Positions 1-16,388 of a DNA stretch of 64,000 nt are shown here, in pieces (within the stretch, counting starts at the first letter, position 1; each line of letters begins with the position of its first letter). Both the position numbers and the translations under genes were made by a program. Under the pieces are notes generated by a model. That model had not been told where the DNA came from. It saw only the letters and a list, made by a program, of their open reading frames with translations, and searched no databases. This DNA is from the human T2T-CHM13v2.0 reference genome, Homo sapiens: the NCBI RefSeq assembly GCF_009914755.1, contig NC_060935.1; one strand, given 5' to 3'.

Positions 1-205
1 ATGGGTTCACCAAGGCACACTCCCTATAGGAAGAGGACTGCGCTCCCTTTTATAGACAGGGAAACTGAGGCACAGCGTGGGGAGTGGAAAGTGTCACCAG
101 AGTTAGCTGTGGAGTGTCTGGGTTCTAGGCAACAGCCTCGCCTTCCTGCCCCTCCTGCTTGCTCCTCCCAGCTGGTGCAGGGGTCTCAGGTCAGGGGGTA
201 CTTAC

Positions 206-279
206 CGCTGATGCGGATCTGGGCTTCCCGGGCCACCAGGACTGGCGTCTAACTCGCAGACAGGCTGGTATTTATGGGC
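206..279 (-). other. ACY3: 5' UTR (non-coding) exon, probably ACY3 exon 2
   Basis: Minus strand reads ctccag|GCCCATAAATA...ATCAGCG|gtaagt, with acceptor AG at 281-280 and a perfect donor at 205-200; 74 nt with no ATG. Assignment to ACY3 rests on the known gene order next to ALDH3B2; the ACY3 CDS lies left of the window. Confidence 0.65.
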
Positions 280-909
280 CTGGAGATCCACAGATGGGAA
301 GTTTTGTGGCAAGCTGGCAGACAGCAGGGGGTGGGTGGGACGGGCTGAGGTTCACGCAGCCAAAGGTCGGAGTGCTGGGGTCTGCTCCACTGCTCCTGCC
401 CCGCCCGCCCCACGCTGCTACTTGTGCTGCCACGGCCCAACGAGTCCAGGTCCTGCGGGCAAGTTCCTGCCCCTGCCCTTCGTCCTTCTGCTGGGCCCCA
501 GAGGGGCCACCTTCCTTAACACTACTAAGAGGTACACCCGCAGTGGGGTGGTGACTTGGTTTTGGTCACCACCAGAGCAGGCTATTGAAAGTTACTATAG
601 AGGTGTCACCTTGATGGCCACCAAGATGACAAGCTGCCCCTCCTTCACCACCTCGGCAACATGCCTCTGTCCTTGCAGCCCGGAGAGGGCTGTGGTCACT
701 CCTGAGTCGCCCTTACCCAAAGGTGCCATGTGGAGCCCCAGTTTTACAGCTCTTTGTTGCTTTAAGCAAAATTTTAAAATGTTTGATCCGGGATTTCAGT
801 CATTTTCAAGGACAGTGTAACTCAGATGACTCGGTTTGCCCTGTTTTGGGAACAACCCTCAGGCTCATTTTATAGATGTGAAAACTGAGGCTCAGAAAAT
901 TGTCTGCAG

Positions 910-1045
910 GCACACAAGCCCTAGAGGCAGGCTGCAGGTGGCCCACAGAACCCTAGGGGCAGACTGTTCAGCGGCACACAGAGCCCTAGAGGCGGGCTGC
1001 AGGTGGCGCACAGAGCCCTAGAGGCGGGCTGTAGGTGGCACTCAG
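910..1045. repeat. ~32-bp minisatellite, about 4 copies (GCACACAGAGCCCTAGAGGCGGGCTGCAGGTG)
   Basis: Four adjacent imperfect copies read directly from the sequence. Confidence 0.9.
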
Positions 1046-2213
1046 TGCGTCCAATGTGGCTCCATCCCCTCCTGCTGCCTCTCAAGAGCAAAGTGGGGAA
1101 GGATGAAGGTGAGGTCCCCTGCACTCAGCCCTGGGGCCTCTACCTCCCACCAGGCTCAGCTGTCTGCTGGGAGGAGCTGAGGCCAGTTCCGAAGTCACTG
1201 GGGAGTGAGGCAAGCTGCTCCGCCAGGGCCTGCTGGATGCCAGGTGCTGGGACCCTGAGCTGGAGCCTCCCCCAGGCATCGATCCTGGGCCTTCTTTACC
1301 ACCACACTGGGTCTCCCCGGGCCAGTCCAGCCCTGCTCCAGATGCCAGGCCCACCAGCCTGGGGGGCTCTGGGTGGCCAGGACCCTCTAAGTTACACCCT
1401 CTCGGAAGCTGCCCCAGATCACACTCAGCTCTGTGTGGCCTGGGCTCTCCTGCCCTCCACACCCAAGGCTTCGTGAGCTCAGAGCATGGCGATTGTGGGG
1501 ACAGGGGATTTGTCATCCTGGCTCCCATCAGGGCAGCTGGGATCTTGACAGGGTGTCAAGAGGGGTGGATGGAGTGTGAGGCTGAGCCCCCAGTGGGCCG
1601 GGGCTCCCTATGAGCCCCCTCCAGGGGCCACTCCTCCTGGCACCTGGAGCCTCAGCAAAGGGAGGGCAGAGACTGCCATTAGGGGGCCATGCCATGCCAT
1701 CAACTCCTGTATCCGGCCCAGCCCTGGGGGCAGCTGTCACCGGCTCCATTTTGCAGGTGTGGACTGAAGCTCTAGGGGTTGGGTGACTTGACTGAGTCCT
1801 TGGCAGGTGGTGGGAGAGGGAGTCAGCAGAGGAGCCTGTCGGCCTGGGTCTGTTCCTTCCTTGCTTGGGGTAGGGGTCTCAGGGACCCCCATGCTGCTTT
1901 ATGAGTCCCAGGCCATGGTCTTTGTTGGAAGGCCCCCCCAACCCCCACAGAGGCTGGGATCCTGCTGACTCGGTGTGGTACCTCTCAGGAAGGAAGGGCC
2001 TCCGTGGCAGACCTAGCTATTTTGGGGGCTGCTGGGGGCCAGGGTGCTTCCTGCCACAAGGTGCTGGGCCCCCAAGTTTAGGGAGAACAGCAGTAGGGGT
2101 GCTGGAAAGTTTCACTTCCCTTGGCTGGGGTCCAGCTTCTGCATTTCAGTGAGTGTTTATGGAACAGAACGGGGTCCAGGAGCCCTCAGAAACAGCAGCC
2201 CCCAGTCCTGGCA

Positions 2214-2651
2214 GTGTGTGCGCGTGTGTGCATGTGTGTGCATGCATGTGTGCATCTGTACATGTGTGCGTGTGCATGAGAGCATGTGTGTGCGTGTGTG
2301 CACGCACATGTGTACGTGACAGCATGCGTGTGTGCGTGCGTGTGTACATGTGTGTGCATGTGCATGAGTATTGTGTGCATGTGTGCATGTATGTGTACAT
2401 GTGTGCGTGTGTGCATGAGAGCATGTGTGCGTGTGTGCGCATGTGTGACAGCATGCATGTGTGCGTGTGTACGTGTGTGCATGTGCATGAGAGTATTGTG
2501 TGCATGTGTGCATGCATGTGTGTGTACATGTGTGCGTGTGTGCATGAGAGTGTGTGTGCATGTGTGTGCATGTGTGCATGTGCTTGAGAGCGTGTGTGCG
2601 TGCATGTGCGTGAGCATGTGTGCGTGTGTGTGTGTTGTGTGCACACGTGTG
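2214..2651. repeat. Compound (TG)n/(CATG)/(CGTG) purine-pyrimidine repeat with a ~125-130 bp higher-order duplication
   Basis: Almost pure RY alternation; GAGTATTGTG recurs at 2366 and 2491, GTGACAGCATGC at 2316 and 2445. Confidence 0.95.
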
Positions 2652-2930
2652 ACCTGGCTCTGGCCCCACCTCCCTGACAGGCTGTGTGACCTGGAGAGAT
2701 TCAGTGCCCTCTCTGGGCCTTGGCTCCACCCTGTGAAAGTCCTGGCCAAGGGCAGCTGTGGGGAGTGAGGAACAAAGGGCGGGCACAAGCTTGAAAATGG
2801 GCACATGGAGACCCCAGCATGAGTGAGGGCAGAGGATGGTGATGTCATGGGCATCATCACGGGGGCCAATTTCCTCACTGCAGTTGGGGAAACTGAGACC
2901 CAGAGAGGGGTCAGAGCTGTGGTTCCCCCC

Positions 2931-3167
2931 TGTGTCAGCATCCAATTAGATCATGCCTCCCAGCATCACCTCATTGCAAGATGCAATCAGATCACGCCTC
3001 ATTACCCTATGCTTATAAAACCTGCCCCAGCCCTCAGCTCGGGGAGACACTGCTTTGGGAGCTGTCTAGGTGTTCTCCTTACTTGTTGCAAGAAATAAAA
3101 TCCCCTATTAAATCCTCTTTAGTTAACACCCGCCAAGCAACTGAGCCCACCCGTTGTGTGGGTAACA
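2931..3167 (+). mobile_element. ERV1 (MER4-group) 5' LTR, 5'-truncated
   Basis: CCAAT-like boxes, TATAAAA at 3014-3020, AATAAA at 3094-3099, terminal ...GGGTAACA, followed directly by a primer-binding site. Subfamily not determined. Confidence 0.8.
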
Positions 3168-3173
3168 AAACTC

Positions 3174-3191
3174 TGGCGACCCAGATGGGGC
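3174..3191 (+). other. Retroviral primer-binding site, tRNA-Arg(CCG) type
   Basis: TGGCGACCCAGATGGGGC versus TGGCGACCCAGATGGGAC, the complement of the tRNA-Arg(CCG) 3' end as I recall it (17/18); 6 nt after the LTR end. Confidence 0.8.
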
Positions 3192-3500
3192 CGACTGGGA
3201 TTCTGATCCTAACTTCTTGAGGCTCACTAAGGTAAAGCAGTGGGCCGCGGCACCTCCCCCGGGCGAACTCACCCACGTGGCCCCAGAGGGTTGAGGGTGA
3301 CTCCCGGGGATCTTCTGCTTGCTGCGTGGCCCGTGGGGCTGTCACTCCGCCCTACCCCCGAAACAGCGGAAGCAGCTGCCTGGAGCTTTTGTTCTGCGCT
3401 GCTCCTTCAGGGAAGAAAGTGGACTTTGCCCCGTGGGTTGACTGAAAGGGTAAATTCTTTGGACCTAGCAGTGGGATCTCTAGACTTCAGCGCAGGGCAC

Positions 3501-3918
<418 letters not shown>

Positions 3919-4303
3919 CATGAGAATTTGTTCTTTTTTAGAGAAACAGAATTTTTCACAGGAGGCTGAGCTGCTCCATCTCCCAGAGCCCCTACTTGCC
4001 ATACCCCGGGTTACCAGAAACAGGAGCTCTGCCATTTGATGAAAAAAATACTTTTTTCAGATAAATGTTTTTGTCATATCATCACACAAAGCGGGTAAAG
4101 TTGTATATATATACATACAACTTTTTACAAATATGTGATCATATGTACAAAGGCTAGAAGGAAATATACAGAAAAATATGTATTAAAATACTGGTTTTTT
4201 TTTCATTGTTTTATAAGATACTCTACAAAACATTACAATGAGGTAGGACTATTTTAGTGCTAGAGAATCTCATTAAATGAATTTGTTCAAGAGCTTCTTT
4301 GTC

Positions 4304-4896
4304 AGCTGGGTGCAGTGGCTCACACCTGTAACCCCAACACTTTGGGAGGCCAAGGGGGGCAGATCGCTTGAGCCTAGGTGTTCAAGACCAGCCTGGGCAA
4401 CATAGGGAGACCCTGTCTCTACCAAAAAAAAAAAAAAATTAGGGTGGGCGCGGTGGCTCACACCTATAATCCCAGCACTTTGGGAGGCTGAGGCGAGTGG
4501 ATCACCTGATGTCAGGAGTGTAAGACCAGCCTGGGCAACATGGCAAAACCCCGTCTGTACTAAAAATACAAAATTTATCCAGGCATGGTGGTGGGTGCCT
4601 GTAATCCCAGCTACTTGGGAGGCTGAGGCATGAGGCAGAGGTTGCAGTGAGCCGAGATCATGCCATTGCACTACAGCCTGGGCGACAAGAGCGAAACTCT
4701 GTCTCAAAAAAAAAAAAAAAAAATTAGCCAGGTGGTGGCACACACAGCTGTGGCCCCAGCTACTCAGGAGGCTGAGGCGGGAGAATCACTTGAGCACGGG
4801 GAGTTGGGGGTAATCGTACCGTGAGTACAGTGAGCCGTTATCGTATGGCTGCATTCCAGGCTAGACAACACAGTGAGACCTTGTCTCAAAAGAAAA

Positions 4897-4930
<34 letters not shown>
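4304..4930 (+). mobile_element. AluJ-type element with a second Alu (AluS-type, ~4442-4722) nested in its middle A-rich linker
   Basis: Outer TSD AAGAGCTTCTTTGTC at 4289-4303 and 4931-4945; (AAAT)n tail. Confidence 0.9.
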
Positions 4931-4931
<1 letters not shown>

Positions 4932-5614
4932 AGAGCTTCTTTGTCAATATCCTTTTGTGGGTATACATCATAGTCCCACAGTACTTCTTCAACCCAGGGA
5001 GATAAATGTGTATTAGTCTGAAGACCCAGGAGAGAATCTTCAAGACTTGGCACTGTCACTGATAATGATCTGCTTCCTTACATTATGACAAATGTATTCC
5101 CAGCTCCGGCTTGTTCTGCCTCATTAAGAGAATATTTGAAGACATTATTCATGATAGCAGCATCAGCATTTTGCAGAAGAAACCCTGGGGACAGATGTCT
5201 GCATGAAGCACCTTTATTCTGTGAATAAACTGGTATTTTTTAATGACCATTTCCTGCAACTGGCAAAAGTCTCCGTTCAGTTCTACTCCACAGGGTTGCA
5301 CTGCTAAGCTATAAGATCACCCCATAAAGACTGTGCTGAGCCTGGAGCTGACGTCAGCCACAGCCTTTCCTGATTGATCAGGGAGTGCATGAAGATAAAT
5401 GAACTTCAATTCCATGAGGGAGAAGGAACGAGCAATCAGTCTAAAGGTTCTGTTTGGTGTGAACCACCCAGTAGTTTCTGCTCATTTTCCCTTTGTCACA
5501 TAATGAATCAATGAAGTCTTTATCACAAAGGAATGCGTCAGCGTGAATGGTGGGTTCTGGCTGCTGCTGTAGTTTTTGAAGGGTTAGATGTTCTGAGGAA
5601 AGCATGGTTTCTAG

Positions 5615-5932
<318 letters not shown>

Positions 5933-6126
5933 CTTTCTGCTGTGTTTTTAAACACAATGTCTTTATTTCCTTCAGTGAATTCATCAAAATCTCGGGCAGT
6001 TTGCATCTGCTGGAGCAGTGCCGGGCGGTCGGCAGAGCCACAGTATAGAGCAGTTACAAGATTTCCTGCCTTGCCGAGTGAAATCTATGCCTTCCAATTT
6101 TTTTTAATTAATTAATTTTTAAAAAA

Positions 6127-6206
6127 TTAGATTGGTACAAAAGTAATTGCAGTTTTTGCCATTACTTTCAATGGCAAAAACAGCGGTTACTTTTGAACCA
6201 ACCTAA
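6127..6206. mobile_element. MADE1 (Hsmar1-derived 80-bp MITE) inside an Alu monomer (~6100-6330)
   Basis: TTAGATTGGTACAAAAGTAATTGCAGTTTTTGCCATT...AATGGCAAAAACAGCGGTTACTTTTGAACCAACCTAA: an 80-bp palindrome matching the MADE1 consensus. Confidence 0.92.
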
Positions 6207-6240
6207 TATTATAGAGACAGGGTTTCACCATCTTACCTAG

Positions 6241-6348
<108 letters not shown>

Positions 6349-6669
6349 TAAAACTAGTTGAGTGTGGGCCAAGAGTTGTGGGATCTGTGTCACCACCAAT
6401 CCCGCCTCTAAGCTGCTGGGTGGGTAATATGGGAAAACAGTAATTGTAGCAGGACTCCAGTGGCAGAAGCCATGAGGATAAACTACAAAAAGCAGAAGGG
6501 ACACTGGGGATGCTGACATCTCCATTGGTTGAGATTACCCTTAAGGTATTGAGCAACTGTGGCCAGGTCCAGGAAGGGCAAAAAAAAAACAAAAAACAAA
6601 AAGGCAACACAAGACAAGAAGCCATCGAGTCTCTTGGCTACAACCAGCCAGTACACAAGAAACAGTTCA

Positions 6670-6985
<316 letters not shown>

Positions 6986-7629
6986 TCACTGGAGATGATC
7001 AGCCATAAGTAAGATCCCTAGGGACCCCACTGCCCGGCCAAAGGGCCTCCCGCCCTTGAGAACACAACAGTGTGCATATTGTAAACAAGAGGGCCATTGG
7101 GTACTAGAGTGTCCTAACTGTCCCCAGTGGGTAGGGAAAGAAACTTCCCCGTCAATCAGCCCACCAGATGCTACAGTTTGCTAATAGTGACCAGAAGTGA
7201 TGGGACTTGGGGACTCCTCTATGATCTGGGAACCCCTAGATCGGGTAACAATTGCTGTGGGAGGGACTCACGGGTTTTCTGACACTAGAGCCAAATTTTT
7301 GCCTGTCTCCTTTCTACCGTGTTCTTCCTAAAATTTAGGAAAGGGCTTCTGCTGTATGGGAGAGATAAATTTTAGCTAAAATTGTTAGTTGGACGGAGAC
7401 AGAGTTGGAACTGTCTTTTAAGTAGTGAATTTCACCTGACCCATGGCTAAACCTTTAAAAGTTAAAGCTATAGGATCGTTATTTGTATCTGGTAGTATGT
7501 ACACGTCCGGTTATATTTGGCTATGGTACCGAATTGGCTTATAAAGAAATGAGTACTCATAAACTAAGCAAATAAGACCAAGTGCTTTTCAAGTTCACAT
7601 GACAGTAATCTTTTGGTGAATGGAACTAG

Positions 7630-8314
<685 letters not shown>

Positions 8315-8751
8315 TTAAAGGTTCTTACTTTTATGATAGTTGCCTGACATCCAGCTATATAAAGGTAATTAACAGATAAATAATTTGAAATGATGACTAG
8401 CTTTGTCTAATATATCAGTTCTCATAAGTAATCCTGGTAAACTGCTAAAAATAAATAAAGTATGTAAAGGTAAATGGGATAAGTATCTATCGGCTTTTTA
8501 ATGTAATTTGAAATCCTCTATTAGGTAATGGATACTCATTAACTATGTGAGTTATTTCCAAATAAGACAAAAACTGGAACAAATTGCTGACCATAAATAT
8601 GTTTGCCCTGGGTCTCTTAAATTTAATATAAAGACTAAATATGTTTGGGCCTATAAATACGTATAAAAATTATGCTATAGGAAAACATGTTTTTCTAACA
8701 ATTACAAAATGGCTCTTCCCCATAAAATACCAATATGTGATAGGAAGTTCA

Positions 8752-12902
<4,151 letters not shown>

Positions 12903-13323
12903 CCTGTAATCTCAGCACTTGGGGAGGCCAAGGTGGATGGATCACTTGAGGCCAGGAGTTTGAGAACAGCCTGGCCAACAAGGTGAAACCCTGCCTCTAC
13001 TAAAAATACAAAAAAATTAGCCTGGTGTGGTGGCGGGCAACTGTAATCCCAGCTACTCAGGAGGCTGAGGCAGGAGAATCGCTTGAACATGGGAGGTGGA
13101 GGTTGCAGTGACCCAAGATTGCACCACTGCCCTCCAGCCTGGGTGATGGAGCGAGACTCTGTCTTAAAAATAAATAAATAAAAAGATTGAGCAAAACAAA
13201 AATAATTACATGAAATTAAGTAATTGATATGAATAATGTTTTTATGACTTAAATGTGAGACTATCACCTCATTTTGTTTTGCAGATTCAAGGAAATTTTC
13301 TGTCATAACCTGCCTATAGTTTG

Positions 13324-14397
13324 TGAGGACTAAACTCTGATTTTTTTTGTTCTTATTTTGCTCAAATTCCTCCCTAAGGGGCCTGGGGAGTCACACCCTA
13401 CAAACCATAAAGTCTCATCAGAGAGGCTTTAATTTTAACCCTATAGCGTGGTCTGCTTTCTGACCTGACTCTGGCATAACCTCACATAACAAATAAGAGA
13501 AGAAATCAAAATATTTTAACCCCAAATATATTTGCTTGCCATATCTTGAAACTGCCCTGCAAAGTTGTCTCCTGTGGAAAAAATCTACATTCTGTAGAGA
13601 ATCCCATTTTCCCTTTTTTCTAACTTCTTTCCAGATCCAGGAGATAATCAACTAAGAACCAGGCACCCTTTTATGTTAGATAAGAAACACTTCAGGCCAG
13701 TGCAGTGGCTCACACCTGTAATCCCAGCTCTTTGGGTGGCCGAGGCATGTGGATCACTTGAGGTCAGGAGTTCAAGACCAGACTGGCCAACGTGATGAAA
13801 CCCTGTCTCTACAAAAATACAAAAATTTGCCAGGCGTGGTGGTGCACGCCTGTAATCCCAGCTGCTCAGGAGGCTGAGGCAGGAGAATCACTTGAACGCA
13901 GGAGGGAGAGGTTGCAGTGAGCTGAGATCACTCCACTGCACTCCAGCCTGGGCAACACAGCAAGACCCCATCTCAAAAAAAAAAAAAAAAAAAGAAAAAG
14001 AAAGATTTTACAGCCTACTATCTGAGAGCTTCCTCTGCACAATAAAACTTGGTCTCCACAATCCTTTATCTTAACATGAACATTTCCTTTGTGTTGATCC
14101 CAGGTCTTCAGATAAACTCAACCAATTGTCAACCAGGAAAATTTTAAATGTACCTATAGCCTGGAAGCCCCTGCTTTGAGTTGTCCCATCTTTCTGGACC
14201 AAACCAACATATATCTTGCACGTATTGATTGATGCGTCACGTCTCCCTAAAATGTATAAATCCAAGCTGTGACCTGACAGTCTTGGGTACATGTTCTCAG
14301 GATCTCCTAAGGGCTGTGTCACGGGCCGTGGTCATTCATCTTTGGCTCAGAATAAGTCTCTTAAATATTGTACAGAGTTTGACTCTTTTGATCGACA
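13324..14397 (+). mobile_element. Solo LTR, MER4E-like, with an internal Alu (~13695-14003)
   Basis: TGAGGACTAAACTCTG...TTGATCGACA termini; 4-bp TSD TTTG. Confidence 0.82.
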
Positions 14398-14560
14398 TTT
14401 GCAATAACTCGATCAAGGGTCCTTTGTGAACAAAGGTGGAACTTATTCACTTTTTCTCCCTACTTGATTCCTACAAAATTCAGAAACTATTCATGAACAT
14501 TCTTATTTATATATAGTAAAACAAACAAACAAAAACAAACAAACAAAAACCCTGCTCTCA

Positions 14561-14821
<261 letters not shown>

Positions 14822-15126
14822 CTACAGAGGGAGATGCCACCTCAAAAAATAAAAAAACAAAAAACAAAAACGAAAAACAAACCCTGGTCCCTGTAAGCAG
14901 GACACAATTAGAAACATCGATTGTATTACTAAGGTTTGGACTGAAATACCATTTTTAAGAAATGTGGGCTGGGAATGGTGGCTCACGCCTGTAATCCCAG
15001 CATTCTGGGAGGCCGAGGTAGACTGCTTGACCGCAGGAGTTCAAGAGCAGCCTGGGCAACATAGTTCTAAATCTGAGATTTCCTTCATGATCAAAGATGG
15101 GTGGGAACCCCATTCTGCAAGATAAG

Positions 15127-15564
15127 TGTCAACCTCAGAAAGATAGGCTCTCCAGAACAGATGAATTTATTTGGGAGGAGCAGAGGATTCCTATCTGGGC
15201 TATGAGTGCTTGGAAGGATCCCAGGCATACACAGAGGGCCACAGCCAAGGGGAAGCTTTTAAAGGACAGAAGTCCATGTAAGCAGCTTTTAAACAAGGTT
15301 TGTAAGTCACAAGCTGATCGCAGGAGTTGGCGATGGTTTTCTGGTGGAGACGGCCGTGGTAGGTAAGCATCTGCAGCTCATCTGGAATACTACAGTCTTG
15401 AGGACGTGCTTTCCATACGCCCTGTGTCTGGTCTACATGCAGGCGTGTCTTGTGATAAATCCTGTTACGGGCATGTGTGTGTGAGGGCTTCTATGTGGCC
15501 CCCCGACTCCATTTTATTAGAGTTTGGCATAAGTGACTCCATTTTGGTTCCAGCAACTTTCACA
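15127..15564 (-). mobile_element. Solo ERV1 LTR (MER65-like) in the ALDH3B2 3' UTR
   Basis: Minus strand TGTGAAAGTTGCTGGAACCAAAATGGAGTCAC...GAGGTTGACA; TSD TAAG at 15123-15126 and 15565-15568. Confidence 0.8.
15166..15171 (-). terminator. ALDH3B2: Poly(A) signal AATAAA, likely the ALDH3B2 3' end (second AATAAA at 15518-15513)
   Basis: TTTATT on the plus strand; lies ~1 kb after the stop codon, at the LTR's own poly(A) position. Confidence 0.65.
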
Positions 15565-16203
15565 TAAGGAAACTGAGGCTCAGAGAAGTCAAGGGACTTG
15601 CCCCCAGGTCCCACTAACACTGTGCAGTGGAGTGATGCAAACCCCAGTTTTCCCAGTGGATGGAGCTGCTGTGGGTGAGTGCAGGGTGCGGTGTGAACCA
15701 GAGGGGTGGTGCAGAGACCAGTGTGGGATGTGAGAGGATCCCTGGGGGAGGCAGTGCTGGTGCAGTTGGGATGGGGCAGAGGTGGAAGTGCGCGTGTGCC
15801 TAGAGGGGAGAGCAAAGGCCTGGAGGGCTCCACGCTCTCAACCGTTCAGGGCTGATGCCCCTAAGAAGGCAGGGCACTGTATTTTCCAGGGTGACACTGC
15901 CCCTGTGACTGGGCCTGGCCAACCCTGACCGAGAGGGCAAAGGGCTGGAATTGGGGAGGGTGGGGTGAGTGAGGACACCTGGCATGTTCTGCGGCCTCTC
16001 GGCCTCTCTCGAGCAGCGTCCCCCAGATAGAAGCAAGACCTTGCTTTGCAGCCCTGGCAGGCAGGATGCAGTCATGTGACAGCTCCAGCAACCTGAGGCT
16101 GGGGGAGCCTGCGGTCTGGAGGAACAATGTGAGTTGGGAGCATAAGCCCCTCATGGCTAGACTCAGGTTTCTCTGTGTGACCCGTTGGAGGCGGGTGGGA
16201 CGC

Positions 16204-16388
16204 TCACAGGAGGGTGCAGCTCTGGGAGCCCATGCCCCAGCGTAACAGCTGCTGGTTCCAGTCGGTATAGGGTGGGTAGCGGATCTCCTTTAATTTCTCC
16301 AGGCCGGAGGGGGCGAGCAGGCAGGTGCGGTGGTGGGAGAAGGTGTCGAAGGTGAACTTGCCGTGGTACCGGCCCATCCCACTGTGGC
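16204..16388 (-). CDS. ALDH3B2: ALDH3B2 last coding exon ([10 protein letters not shown]...SQSCTLL*)
   Basis: Acceptor AG at 16390-16389; TGA at 16206-16204. Confidence 0.95.

Noticed and set aside
910-1045. CRISPR-like periodic repeat
   Set aside because: Head-to-tail units with no unique spacers, in a eukaryotic context with no cas genes.
2146-2945. Overlapping 144-262 aa His/Thr/Cys ORFs
   Set aside because: Same artefact, from the RY repeat.
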